A DNA stretch of 64,000 nt, from NCBI GenBank assembly GCA_963692865.2, contig OY843592.1:1312001-1376000 (forward strand), read 5' to 3'. Shown piece by piece: positions 40,657 to 49,115 of the stretch (its first letter is position 1; each line of letters begins with the position of its first letter). A program made the translations under genes and the position numbers. The notes beneath the pieces were generated by a model. It saw only the letters and a list, made by a program, of their open reading frames with translations, did not search any database and was not told where the DNA came from. Origin of the DNA: a bacterium. Its GTDB lineage: Bacteria; UBA8248.

Positions 40657-41508
40657 TCAGGACGCCTTGAGCACGCAGTAGGAATAGAGTTTCAACAGTT
40701 CGCCCGACACGTCCATGAACTCTTTCATCTCCGCAGCGGACTCCGGCGCGCGGCGTTCGCCGAACTCCATCAGGCTTTCGGATTCGATGACTTCGAGTTC
40801 GTGTTTTTCCGTGAGGACGGAGAGGTCGTCGAAGCCGGTCAGCCATTTCACCCCGAAGTTGTTTTCAAACATATCCGTGATTTCGGTGATTCTCTCGTCA
40901 CCCGACGAGCGGTTGATCACCTTTTCGGAGAAATAATCGAAGGCGATGGTCATGTGCGGAATCTGCGCGCGCATTCGATCGAGAAAATCATGTATCAGGT
41001 CGAGCGGCAGATACATGGTGTTGCCTTCCCATATGAAGAGGGTGGGCGCTTCGAGGTCGAAGCCCGCTCGGCTGAGTTCTTGGGACAGGTCGACTTCCAG
41101 GTAATTGCACTCGATTCCGGGGCAGGGCGTGACGCCGCCTGCTTCGAGAACCTTGTTCTTGAATTGCAGCACCGCCGGTTGGTCGACGTCGCAGAACCTG
41201 ACGCCTTCGGTCGCATAGATGTGAGCGCGCATGTCGAAGCCCGCGCCGAGTGAGACGATCTGCTTCGCACCGTCTTTGATGCCGCGCTCCACGATCTCGC
41301 TCATGACGCAGACCCGGTAGCGAACCAACTCCCTCGATGGCGGGAAAACCCTGATTTGCTCCTGAACCTTCTCCTCTACCGCCTCGTTGACGAACAAGGC
41401 CGCGTAGGGGTCGTCGAACAGCTTGTGTTCCTGGTCTTTCTCCATCGCGCGGATACAGGAGATGACGAACGCAGTTGCGCCGATTTCGTTGATGATGTCC
41501 ACCGCCAT
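40657..41508 (-). CDS. LCM-family SAM-dependent methyltransferase (copy 1)
   Basis: Same motifs; GAGGAG RBS; tandem duplicate. Confidence 0.9.
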   Translation of the reverse strand: MAVDIINEIGATAFVISCIRAMEKDQEHKLFDDPYAALFVNEAVEEKVQEQIRVFPPSRELVRYRVCVMSEIVERGIKDGAKQIVSLGAGFDMRAHIYATEGVRFCDVDQPAVLQFKNKVLEAGGVTPCPGIECNYLEVDLSQELSRAGFDLEAPTLFIWEGNTMYLPLDLIHDFLDRMRAQIPHMTIAFDYFSEKVINRSSGDERITEITDMFENNFGVKWLTGFDDLSVLTEKHELEVIESESLMEFGERRAPESAAEMKEFMDVSGELLKLYSYCVLKAS

Positions 41509-41690
41509 GACTCCTCTCGGTTGGTTACGCCGCTCCATTCCCCGGAGAAAAGGGGAGGCGCGCCTCGTCTGGTTATCGCAGGTACTGGATCGCCAAGACG
41601 GGATGATAGCGAAATCCGGCGGGTAGGGGCAATGAAAAAATGGCGATCATATGAGCCCACCACATCCCCGGAGAATATCTAAAGTCTCCT

Positions 41691-42116
41691 TCAGTCCACG
41701 ACCGCGATCGCGTTGACCTCCACCAGGCATCTGGGGTCGGTGGCGAGGCGCACGACCTGGAGCGTGGTGGAGGCGGGCCGGTGGTCGCCGAAATACTCCT
41801 TTCGGATGGCCCCCGCCTCCTCGGTGCCCTCCATCGTCGTCGAGAAGAACTGGAAGAAGACGATGTCCTGAAACGCGCCGCCCACGGCTTCCAGGCTTTT
41901 CTTGAGGTTCTCCAGAGCCATGCGCGTCTGGGTGGGCAGATCGCCGGGGAGGGTGTCGAACTCCTCGGGCCGGTGGGGATGATGGTGATAGGGCGGGGCG
42001 GCGGTGACCCCCGCGAAATAGACGGTCGTCCCGCCGCTCGCCTTTATGGCCATCGAGTAGGGCGTCCAGACGTCCAGCCTGTCGGGCCAGTCCACGGGTT
42101 CGATCCGCTTCGGCAT
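41691..42116 (-). CDS. RidA/YjgF family protein
   Basis: PYS.A, QT..ALENL, RPAST, LVEVNAIA. Confidence 0.88.
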   Translation of the reverse strand: MPKRIEPVDWPDRLDVWTPYSMAIKASGGTTVYFAGVTAAPPYHHHPHRPEEFDTLPGDLPTQTRMALENLKKSLEAVGGAFQDIVFFQFFSTTMEGTEEAGAIRKEYFGDHRPASTTLQVVRLATDPRCLVEVNAIAVVD

Positions 42117-42204
42117 TCTCGGTCTCCTTTATGGAATGTGAAATCGGAGGTTCAGTTCATGCGCCGCAATCAGGGCCGGGGGAGGCGAGCCGCTCAGCGC
42201 CCCG

Positions 42205-43398
42205 CTATTCCGCCGGCAGGCCTGTGATGCGCGAGCTGATCTTGATGCGGTAGATGTGGTTGTTCCCGGCGCCGTGGAGAAAGGAGATCACGTCGCGCAG
42301 ATATTTCTCGACCGGGCAGTCGCGCATGTAGCCCAGCCCGCCGTGCACCTCAAGCGAGAGGCGGCAGACCTCATACGCGGCTTCGGAGCAGACCACCTTG
42401 GTGAGCCACGACATTTTGGGGTCGTATTCATCGGCGTAATCCACCGCCCACGAGGTGCGCCAGAGAACCGAGCGCGCCGTCTCCAGCCTCGTGTACATCT
42501 CGCCTATCATCTGGGCGACGGCCTGGTGCCCGCCGATGGGCTTTCCGCCCTGCACCCTCTCCTGGGAGTAGCGCACGGCTTCCTCGAAGGCGGCCCGGCC
42601 CGCGCCCAGCACGGTCGCCCCGTAGCCGCCCCTGCCCCGCGCGAGGCGGCTGGTGCGAAGCGCCTCGGCCTCGCCTTCCTTATCCCCCAGCCGGTTGACG
42701 GCGGGGACCTCGGCGTTCTCGAAGACGAGCGTGGCGTTGCTCAGGAGGCGGCGGCCCATCTTGTCGTGGATCCGGCCGACGGATAGCCCCGGCGTGTCAT
42801 CGGGAACGAGAAAGGGCGTCATGCCCCTGAGGCCGCCCTGCGCCTTGTCGGTGCGGGTGTAGACGATGTAGAGCCTGGCCGTTCCGCCGTTGCTGATGAA
42901 GCTCTTGACGCCGTTCAGGTGATAGACGTCGCCTTTGCGCTCCGCGCTCATCTGCACGCCCGCTCCGGGAGCGTCGTAGGGCAGCACGTGGTCCGTGCCC
43001 GAGCCGGGCTCGGTCATGCACGTCGCCAGATGGTAGTGGTGGTCCGATACGAACGCCGGGAGGAAACGCTCCTTCTGCTCGTCGTTCGTCCAGTGCTCCA
43101 GGATGGGCGTGAACTTCCAGGTCTGATCGAAAGTGGCGGCCACGCCGAGGTCGCCGGCGCCGAGTTCCTCGCCGACGATGGAGAGGGTGAGCATGTCGGC
43201 CCCGCCGCCGCGTTCTTCACTCAGCGCCAGGGTGCGGAGGCCTATCTTCGAGCCTTCCTCGACGACCCCGGTGGGGATGCAGTCGAGCGGATCCGGGTTC
43301 CGGTCGTATTCGGCGGCGACGGGGCGCACGTGGCGCTCGACGTAATCGCGCGCGAGTTTCTGGAGCTCCTTCTGTTCGTCGCTCAGGGAAAAATCCAT
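42205..43398 (-). CDS. Acyl-CoA dehydrogenase-fold protein
   Basis: MTEPGSGTD, LNGVKSFISNG, RVQGGKPI, HGGLGY, EKYLRD..FLHGAG. Confidence 0.9.
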   Translation of the reverse strand: MDFSLSDEQKELQKLARDYVERHVRPVAAEYDRNPDPLDCIPTGVVEEGSKIGLRTLALSEERGGGADMLTLSIVGEELGAGDLGVAATFDQTWKFTPILEHWTNDEQKERFLPAFVSDHHYHLATCMTEPGSGTDHVLPYDAPGAGVQMSAERKGDVYHLNGVKSFISNGGTARLYIVYTRTDKAQGGLRGMTPFLVPDDTPGLSVGRIHDKMGRRLLSNATLVFENAEVPAVNRLGDKEGEAEALRTSRLARGRGGYGATVLGAGRAAFEEAVRYSQERVQGGKPIGGHQAVAQMIGEMYTRLETARSVLWRTSWAVDYADEYDPKMSWLTKVVCSEAAYEVCRLSLEVHGGLGYMRDCPVEKYLRDVISFLHGAGNNHIYRIKISSRITGLPAE

Positions 43399-43407
43399 CG
43401 GAGCTCC

Positions 43408-44181
43408 TCAATCGTTTCCGGCGATGAAGCCTTCGCGCACCTTGGGCATGGTGACCGCGAGGTCCAGAATCGGCAGCCCGTGGGAGGGCGCGACCACGGC
43501 GACGTCGAGTTCTTCGATCAGCGCTTCGAGGCGATCCGAATAGATGTTCATGTCGGCGAAGCGCGTCCAGAACAGCGCGCGCTCGGCGAACACCCCCAGC
43601 ACGTCCGCCAGATCGAGCGAGTCGGCCTCCTCGGCGACTTTTCCGCAGTGGCCGTCCCAGTGGTAGTGGCTGTAGGCGAAGCCGTCTCCCGGGAACAGGG
43701 CGCGCGCGCCGGTGTCGAACCCCCAGAGCGAGGTTCTCAGGTCGCGGATGACCGGTTCGACGGCGATGAAGCGCCTGTCGCCCAGGTCGATCTCGTCGCC
43801 GATCTCCATCTGCCGCATCCTGTGCGCGTGCTCGGGGTAGGAGAGGTGGTAGTCGCTCACGTCGCAGTGGACCGTCATCTCGGGGTATGCTTCGAGCAGC
43901 CTTCCCAGCCCGCCCGCGTGGGGCGTTTCCTGGTGCGAGAGGAACAGGTACCTCAACTCGGAGCCGCGCTCGGCGAGTATCCCGCTCACCTGGCGGGAGA
44001 CGACGGGGAAATCCCCCTGGTGGCCCGTTTCGATGAGCATCGCGCCCGCCGATCCGATGAGGAGAAAGGCCGCGTTGTAGCTGTGGTAGATCTTCCCCTT
44101 GTGGTGCTGCTCGTGGCAGATGCCGAGCCAGAAGATGCCGGGAGCGATTTCGCGCGGGAGGGGATTGTCGTGCGGGTTCAT
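43408..44181 (-). CDS. Metallo-beta-lactamase-fold (FprA/ODP-like) protein
   Basis: LIETG, SHQETPH, LFPGDGF, APSHG. Confidence 0.82.
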   Translation of the reverse strand: MNPHDNPLPREIAPGIFWLGICHEQHHKGKIYHSYNAAFLLIGSAGAMLIETGHQGDFPVVSRQVSGILAERGSELRYLFLSHQETPHAGGLGRLLEAYPEMTVHCDVSDYHLSYPEHAHRMRQMEIGDEIDLGDRRFIAVEPVIRDLRTSLWGFDTGARALFPGDGFAYSHYHWDGHCGKVAEEADSLDLADVLGVFAERALFWTRFADMNIYSDRLEALIEELDVAVVAPSHGLPILDLAVTMPKVREGFIAGND

Positions 44182-44183
44182 GA

Positions 44184-45074
44184 TTACCTTTCCAAGTCGC
44201 GGGGAACGTAGCGCGGCGCGACGACGGCGCGGTCCAGGCCGCGCAGCACCTCGTCGAGCACCGAGAACTGGCGTTCGACCTGTTCGCGCCCCAGGAGGAC
44301 GGCCCCGTAGCCGGGGGCGATGTTCTCGATGTCGTAGCGGCGATATACGTCGGCGACCCCCTCGCGGACGCGCCCGGTATCCACGCCCTCAAGCCACCAG
44401 TAGCGCGTGTTCAGCAGGAACGAGCGCACGAAGGCGGGAGTCGTCACCGCCTCTTCCTCCACCGCCCACGGGCCTTCGGGGTCGTTCCCCCAGACGTGGC
44501 TGAACATGTCCGAGGAGAAGAGGGTGCGGGTGGCCTCGTCGTATATCCACATGGTGGTGATGAGGCGGATGGGCGCGTTGATGCCGTGGACGACGCGGGC
44601 CTCGTTCCCGCCTACGTGGCAGGTAAGCTCGTCTCCGAGCACGGTCGTCGGGAATATCTGCTCCTCCTCGCTCTTGGGGCCGAATTCCTCCACGTCGAAA
44701 TCGAGCCAGAAATCCATGTCGGGCCGCCGGGCGAAGCACTCCACCACGTTGAACTCCCCGGCGAGCGCGGCCGCGTTCCCCACGGACATGAACTCGTTGA
44801 GCCTGAGCGGGTAGATCGAAAGCGGCGTGTCGGGCGTGATTAGCGAGCCGATCTGTTCGAACAGGGTGCGCCTGTGCCCGTTGTAGCCCGTGTCGAGGAG
44901 AATTGCGCCGTCCTCTTCGCAAAGAAGGTAGCAGTTCGAGGGAGCGAAGCCCCTGGCGCTTCTGGGATAGGCGCTGATCCGCCCGTCGAGCTCGAATACG
45001 TTGTGCAGGGCGTAGGCCTTGCCGCCGCCCAAGTCGGTGACGCCGCTGTAGGACAACACGCTGCTGTCGGCCAT
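44184..45074 (-). CDS. Degenerate MBL-fold protein lacking most metal ligands
   Basis: SNCYLL, LLDTG, LFSSDMF, IAPGYG; GGAGG RBS. Confidence 0.75.
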   Translation of the reverse strand: MADSSVLSYSGVTDLGGGKAYALHNVFELDGRISAYPRSARGFAPSNCYLLCEEDGAILLDTGYNGHRRTLFEQIGSLITPDTPLSIYPLRLNEFMSVGNAAALAGEFNVVECFARRPDMDFWLDFDVEEFGPKSEEEQIFPTTVLGDELTCHVGGNEARVVHGINAPIRLITTMWIYDEATRTLFSSDMFSHVWGNDPEGPWAVEEEAVTTPAFVRSFLLNTRYWWLEGVDTGRVREGVADVYRRYDIENIAPGYGAVLLGREQVERQFSVLDEVLRGLDRAVVAPRYVPRDLER

Positions 45075-45266
45075 GAATGGATTCCTCCGGTTATCCTGAG
45101 ACGAAGCGCCGCAATCTCTTTCGCTCCGAATCTGGTCGACCGCCGTTTCTCCGGCGAGTATCCCCCTGCGCGTCGGAGTTTTGAAGATGCCGCCATTAGA
45201 CAGGATTCGAAGGGCTTTTGCACCCCGCGCGGGGGAAATGCTTTCGAGGAATGTAATCCTCCAGAT

Positions 45267-45545
45267 GGGGTGGTTGAAAAACCCCTCCTCACTCGGATTG
45301 ACCACCGCCTTCATTGTCGTTTCGATTGTAGGGGTCGCATAGTATGCGACCCGTATTGTGAAGGCGGAAAGGCCGGGCCGCATGATATGTCAGACATATA
45401 TGTCTGACCTACAAAAACCGTTCCTCCTCGGTCGCGTAAAACACTCGTTCATCAGGACTTTTTCAACAACCCCGTTAAGGGGGGGTAGGGGGGGTGGTTT
45501 TATGGGCAGGGGAATGACGAGCGGGGCGGGTTTTTCAAAAACCCC
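45267..45545. mobile_element. MITE-like composite repeat cluster left of the serine hydrolase gene
   Basis: Left end 45267-45282; right ends 45458-45473 and 45530-45545; REP doublet 45328-45412. Confidence 0.72.
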
Positions 45546-45659
45546 CTCCGGTTGCCGGTGAAAAATCGTCTCCGTTTGTTTTTTGGGATGAATTCATAAT
45601 AGTCTTGAGCGGCGTATCCAGACCATAAACATTGAAATTCACATAGGGGCGGAGAAAAT

Positions 45660-46838
45660 ATGAGCGTTGCCGACATTCCGGTGGAAGGGGGTTGCCACAG
45701 CGATTTCTCTTTGGTGGAAGAGACGTTTCGGGAGAATTTCGCGAGCCGGGGCGAGATCGGCGCAGCCGTCTGCGTCTACAGGGACGGCGAGAAAGTCGTG
45801 GATCTCTGGGGAGGCCACCGGGACGAAGCCCGCACGCAGCGATGGAGCGAAGACACCATCACGCTCATGAGCTCCATCGCCAAGAGCGTCACCGCGCTCG
45901 CCGTCCACATGCTCGTGGATCGGGGCCAGGTTTCGCTGGAGGAGCCTGTGGCGCGGTACTGGCCGGAATTCGCCCGGAGCGGCAAGGAAAACATCCTCAT
46001 CCGGCACACCATCTCTCATCAATGCGGCGTCATCTTCTGCGACGCGGCGAAGCCCGGCGACTTTTTCGATTACCCGGCCCAGGTGGCCGCCATCGCCGCG
46101 CAGGAACCCGCCTGGCCCGCGGGTTCGAAGGGCGCATACAATTCCATCAACTTCGGGTTCATCCACGGGGAGATCGTCCGCCGGGTGAGCGGCAAGCGAA
46201 TCCGCGACTTCATCCGGGAGGAGATTACGGGTCCGCTCGGGGCCGATTACAACGTCGGACTCAACGAGGAAGAACTCGCGCGCGTCGCGCCCGTGCACCG
46301 CAATCCCGAGAACAAGTTCTGGGAGTTGGGCGAGAAGCCCGGCACGCTGCTCAACAGGGCGTGGGGGAGCCGGCCGGTGGGCGTCGATCTGGTGAATTGC
46401 CGCGAGAACCGCGTGGGCGAGAACCCTTCCTCGGGCGGCCACGGGAACGCGCGCGGCATCGCCCGCGTGTACGCGATGCTGGCGGGCGGCGGCGAAATCG
46501 ACGGCGTCCGCCTCCTTCGGCCCGAAACGGTGGAGCGGCTCTCCGAGGTCCAGTGGGAGGGTGTCTGCGCGATGACGGGCTCGCCCCGGCGGATGGGCCT
46601 CGGCTTCATGCACAACTGCCCGCCCAATTCGCCGATGGGAAGCAACATGAAGGCCTTCGGCCACGGCGGCTCCGGCGGGGCGTTCACGTTCTGCGACAGG
46701 AAGCGGAATATGGCGTTCGGCTACTGCACCAACTTCCAGCCCGAGGGAAATCCCCCCGGAATCCGCGCCCGCTCCCTGGTCGCGGCCGCATGTGGAACGG
46801 CGCCGGACTGGAAGCCGGAGGCGGCGGAAGCTATATAG
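45660..46838 (+). CDS. Serine hydrolase, beta-lactamase class C / family VIII esterase fold
   Basis: VVDLWGG, SIAK (SxxK), YWPEF, GAYN, FGHGGSGG. Confidence 0.92.
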   Translation: MSVADIPVEGGCHSDFSLVEETFRENFASRGEIGAAVCVYRDGEKVVDLWGGHRDEARTQRWSEDTITLMSSIAKSVTALAVHMLVDRGQVSLEEPVARYWPEFARSGKENILIRHTISHQCGVIFCDAAKPGDFFDYPAQVAAIAAQEPAWPAGSKGAYNSINFGFIHGEIVRRVSGKRIRDFIREEITGPLGADYNVGLNEEELARVAPVHRNPENKFWELGEKPGTLLNRAWGSRPVGVDLVNCRENRVGENPSSGGHGNARGIARVYAMLAGGGEIDGVRLLRPETVERLSEVQWEGVCAMTGSPRRMGLGFMHNCPPNSPMGSNMKAFGHGGSGGAFTFCDRKRNMAFGYCTNFQPEGNPPGIRARSLVAAACGTAPDWKPEAAEAI

Positions 46839-46880
46839 TTGAGTGATTCTTCACTCGTGGGTGTGAAACACTCCCCCTGG

Positions 46881-47301
46881 AGGGCTGTTGAAAAAGCCTC
46901 CTGACAGGGTAAAGGCACCCCCCCTACCCCCCTTGACGGGGTTGTTGAAAAAGACCTGATGAACGAGTGTTTTACGCGACCGGGGAGGAACGGTTTTTGT
47001 AGGGGCCGCATATCATGCGGCCCTGATTTTCGCCTCCACAAGGCGGGCCGCATGATATGCGGCCCCTACAAACAAATTGTCTCTCTCCGGCTTTTTCAAC
47101 AGCCCCTTGACAGGGGGGTATAAAAAGGCGACGCCGCTCCGAAGAGTACAGGGGCTTTGCTCTTGCCCGTTTGCCGGGGGGATTTTTTTCGTCTCCCGGG
47201 TAGAGGGGGTTTTGCTTTTTCTTACCCTCCTGTCAAGGGGGGGGCAGCCGTAAGGAGGCGTCCCCTTTACCCCATAAAAAGCAGGCTTTTTCAACAACCC
47301 C
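46881..47301. mobile_element. Outer MITE-like element containing a nested insertion
   Basis: AGGGCTGTTGAAAAAG (46881) / CTTTTTCAACAACCCC (47286-47301). Confidence 0.68.
46938..47106. mobile_element. Inner MITE with TTGAC target duplication, carrying a REP doublet
   Basis: GGGGTTGTTGAAAAAG / CTTTTTCAACAGCCCC; TTGAC at 46933-46937 and 47107-47111; REPs 46999-47023 and 47045-47069. Confidence 0.85.
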
Positions 47302-47415
47302 TTCTTAATCGGGATTGATGAACAGCACATCGCCATGCGTCTGCTACGGCGGCGATGCGCCCCGGCGCCTGCGAATCAGCCCCCAAAAACGCGCGGTTGT
47401 GATTTTATCCAGAAA

Positions 47416-47424
47416 TGGTATAAT
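47416..47424 (+). promoter_or_regulatory. Extended -10 promoter of the TTT operon
   Basis: TGGTATAAT (TGn-TATAAT) 75 bp upstream of the tctC-like start. Confidence 0.6.
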
Positions 47425-47498
47425 GAATCATACCTATCACCCACAGAAGTGGGGGTCCTACCTACCCCATCATACCCACCCCTCAGAGGAGGAAGACC

Positions 47499-48488
47499 AT
47501 GTCGCTCTTCAAACGCATCCTGGTTATCGCAGCCGTACTGGTTTTATGGAGCGCTCCGGCACTGGCCATGAAGTTCCCCTCGAAGCCGATGGAGCTGATT
47601 TGCACCACCTCGCCGGGTTCGAGCGTGGCGGTCTGGTGCCAGCTCCTCGCTCAGGAGTTTCCCAAGGTGCTCGGCGTGCCCATGCGGGTGACCTTCAAGA
47701 GCGGCGGCTCGCAGCACGAGCCGGTTCTCTACGTCTCGGGCAAGCCCGCCGACGGCCACATCATCATGCACATCAGCGCCAGCTTCTACGGGTATTTCCA
47801 CCTGCCGCACTACAGGAGGACGTACAACGACTTCCAGACGCTGGCCCAGGTCGAGAAGCACGTCTACGGCGTCGCGGTGAAGTGCAACAACAAATACGGC
47901 ATCAAGACGTTCGAGGATCTCGTCGCCTACGCCAAGAAGAACCCCGGCAAACTGTCGATGGGCTCCAACAAGAGGGGTTCGACTCATCACCGCCATCAGC
48001 TCGCCTTCCTGAAGGCCGCGGGCATCGGGGACAAAGTCCGCACGATCTTCTACCGGGGCGACGGCAACGTGGTGAAGGACGTACTCGGCGGCCATCTCCC
48101 CAGCGGGCAGGCCTCGCCGCGCACGTGGCGGCCGCATATCGAGGCGGGAACCATCTGCCCGCTCGTATCGCAGACCCACAAGCGCCTCTCGCACGACCCG
48201 ATCTGGAAGAACGTCCGGAGCGCGGTGGAAGTCGGCCTCAAATACGACCTCCCGCTCCACTGGCAGGGCCTCATGGTCAAGAGAGGCACGCCTCCGGCAG
48301 TCATGAAAATATTGGAGGACGCCGTGTACAAGGTGACCAGCTCGCCGGACTACAAGGACTATCTCGCCAAGGGGACGCACATCGTCCTGGACGTCAAGAC
48401 GGGTTCGGAGTGGCTCAACAAGGACATGGCGAAGAACCAGGCGGTCGTGAAACAATTCATGATCGACCACAAGATCATCAAGAAATAG
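47499..48488 (+). CDS. Tripartite tricarboxylate transporter substrate-binding protein (TctC/Bug)
   Basis: Signal peptide, FPSKP, PADG, YAKKNPGKL, YRGDG..V.DVLGGH. Confidence 0.9.
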   Translation: MSLFKRILVIAAVLVLWSAPALAMKFPSKPMELICTTSPGSSVAVWCQLLAQEFPKVLGVPMRVTFKSGGSQHEPVLYVSGKPADGHIIMHISASFYGYFHLPHYRRTYNDFQTLAQVEKHVYGVAVKCNNKYGIKTFEDLVAYAKKNPGKLSMGSNKRGSTHHRHQLAFLKAAGIGDKVRTIFYRGDGNVVKDVLGGHLPSGQASPRTWRPHIEAGTICPLVSQTHKRLSHDPIWKNVRSAVEVGLKYDLPLHWQGLMVKRGTPPAVMKILEDAVYKVTSSPDYKDYLAKGTHIVLDVKTGSEWLNKDMAKNQAVVKQFMIDHKIIKK

Positions 48489-48537
48489 ACGGAATCGAGC
48501 GGACGGCGGTAATTACTGCCGTCGGTAAGGCGCGAAC

Positions 48538-49086
48538 ATGACGGAAGAAAAAGAAAACAGCACGTCCCCTTCCTTCGAGTTGAAGGTTCCGATGAGGGCG
48601 GCGGTGCTCACCACCACCGCCCTCATCCTGGGGGGACTCGCGTTTCTCTACTATGAAACCTTTGCGATGCAGCCTCCCTATGAGCCGGGGTATCCGGGCG
48701 ACGCCTTTTTCCCCCGGCTGACTCTGGGTTTCTCGATTACCTGGGCGGTGATCATCCTGGGGCGCGGCTTTTTCCTGCCCCCGGAGGCGCAGGCCGCAGG
48801 CGGCGAAGAACCCTACCTCCAGGCGCATTGGGCGGAGTTCGTCTCCGTCGTCGCCTTCGTATACCTCTACGCGGTTCTGCTCGAGCCGATAGGGTTCGAG
48901 ATCATGACCATCTTGCTCATGATGTGCCTGCTGGTCCCGCGCATGCGGGTGGAATCGGCGCCGCGCGGCGCGCTTTTGCTGGGCTTTGCGCTCTCTCTGG
49001 TGACGATGCTCATCCTGTATCTGGGAATGGTGCCGATGCTGAACATCCCGTTGCCGCTCAAATTCTTGCCGATCTATATCCTCTAG
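48538..49086 (+). CDS. TctB-family small membrane subunit
   Basis: PG..FFP, 4 TM, position in tctCBA order. Confidence 0.82.
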   Translation: MTEEKENSTSPSFELKVPMRAAVLTTTALILGGLAFLYYETFAMQPPYEPGYPGDAFFPRLTLGFSITWAVIILGRGFFLPPEAQAAGGEEPYLQAHWAEFVSVVAFVYLYAVLLEPIGFEIMTILLMMCLLVPRMRVESAPRGALLLGFALSLVTMLILYLGMVPMLNIPLPLKFLPIYIL

Positions 49087-49115
49087 GGCCGTAATCGATG
49101 GAAGGGCAGTGATAG

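Noticed and set aside
33024-41600. Integrated prophage/island at tmRNA
   Set aside because: No integrase, and I saw no duplicated ssrA 3' end in the window
45075-45383. N-terminal extensions in the ORF track (also 2656, 7878, 25729, 40846, 62098)
   Set aside because: They run through repeats or neighbouring genes; downstream ATGs have good RBS and match family starts
45660-46838. Antibiotic-resistance beta-lactamase (also the MBL pair at 43408-45074)
   Set aside because: VDLWGG/YWPEF/FGHGG motifs indicate the esterase-type family; the MBL pair lacks HxHxDH
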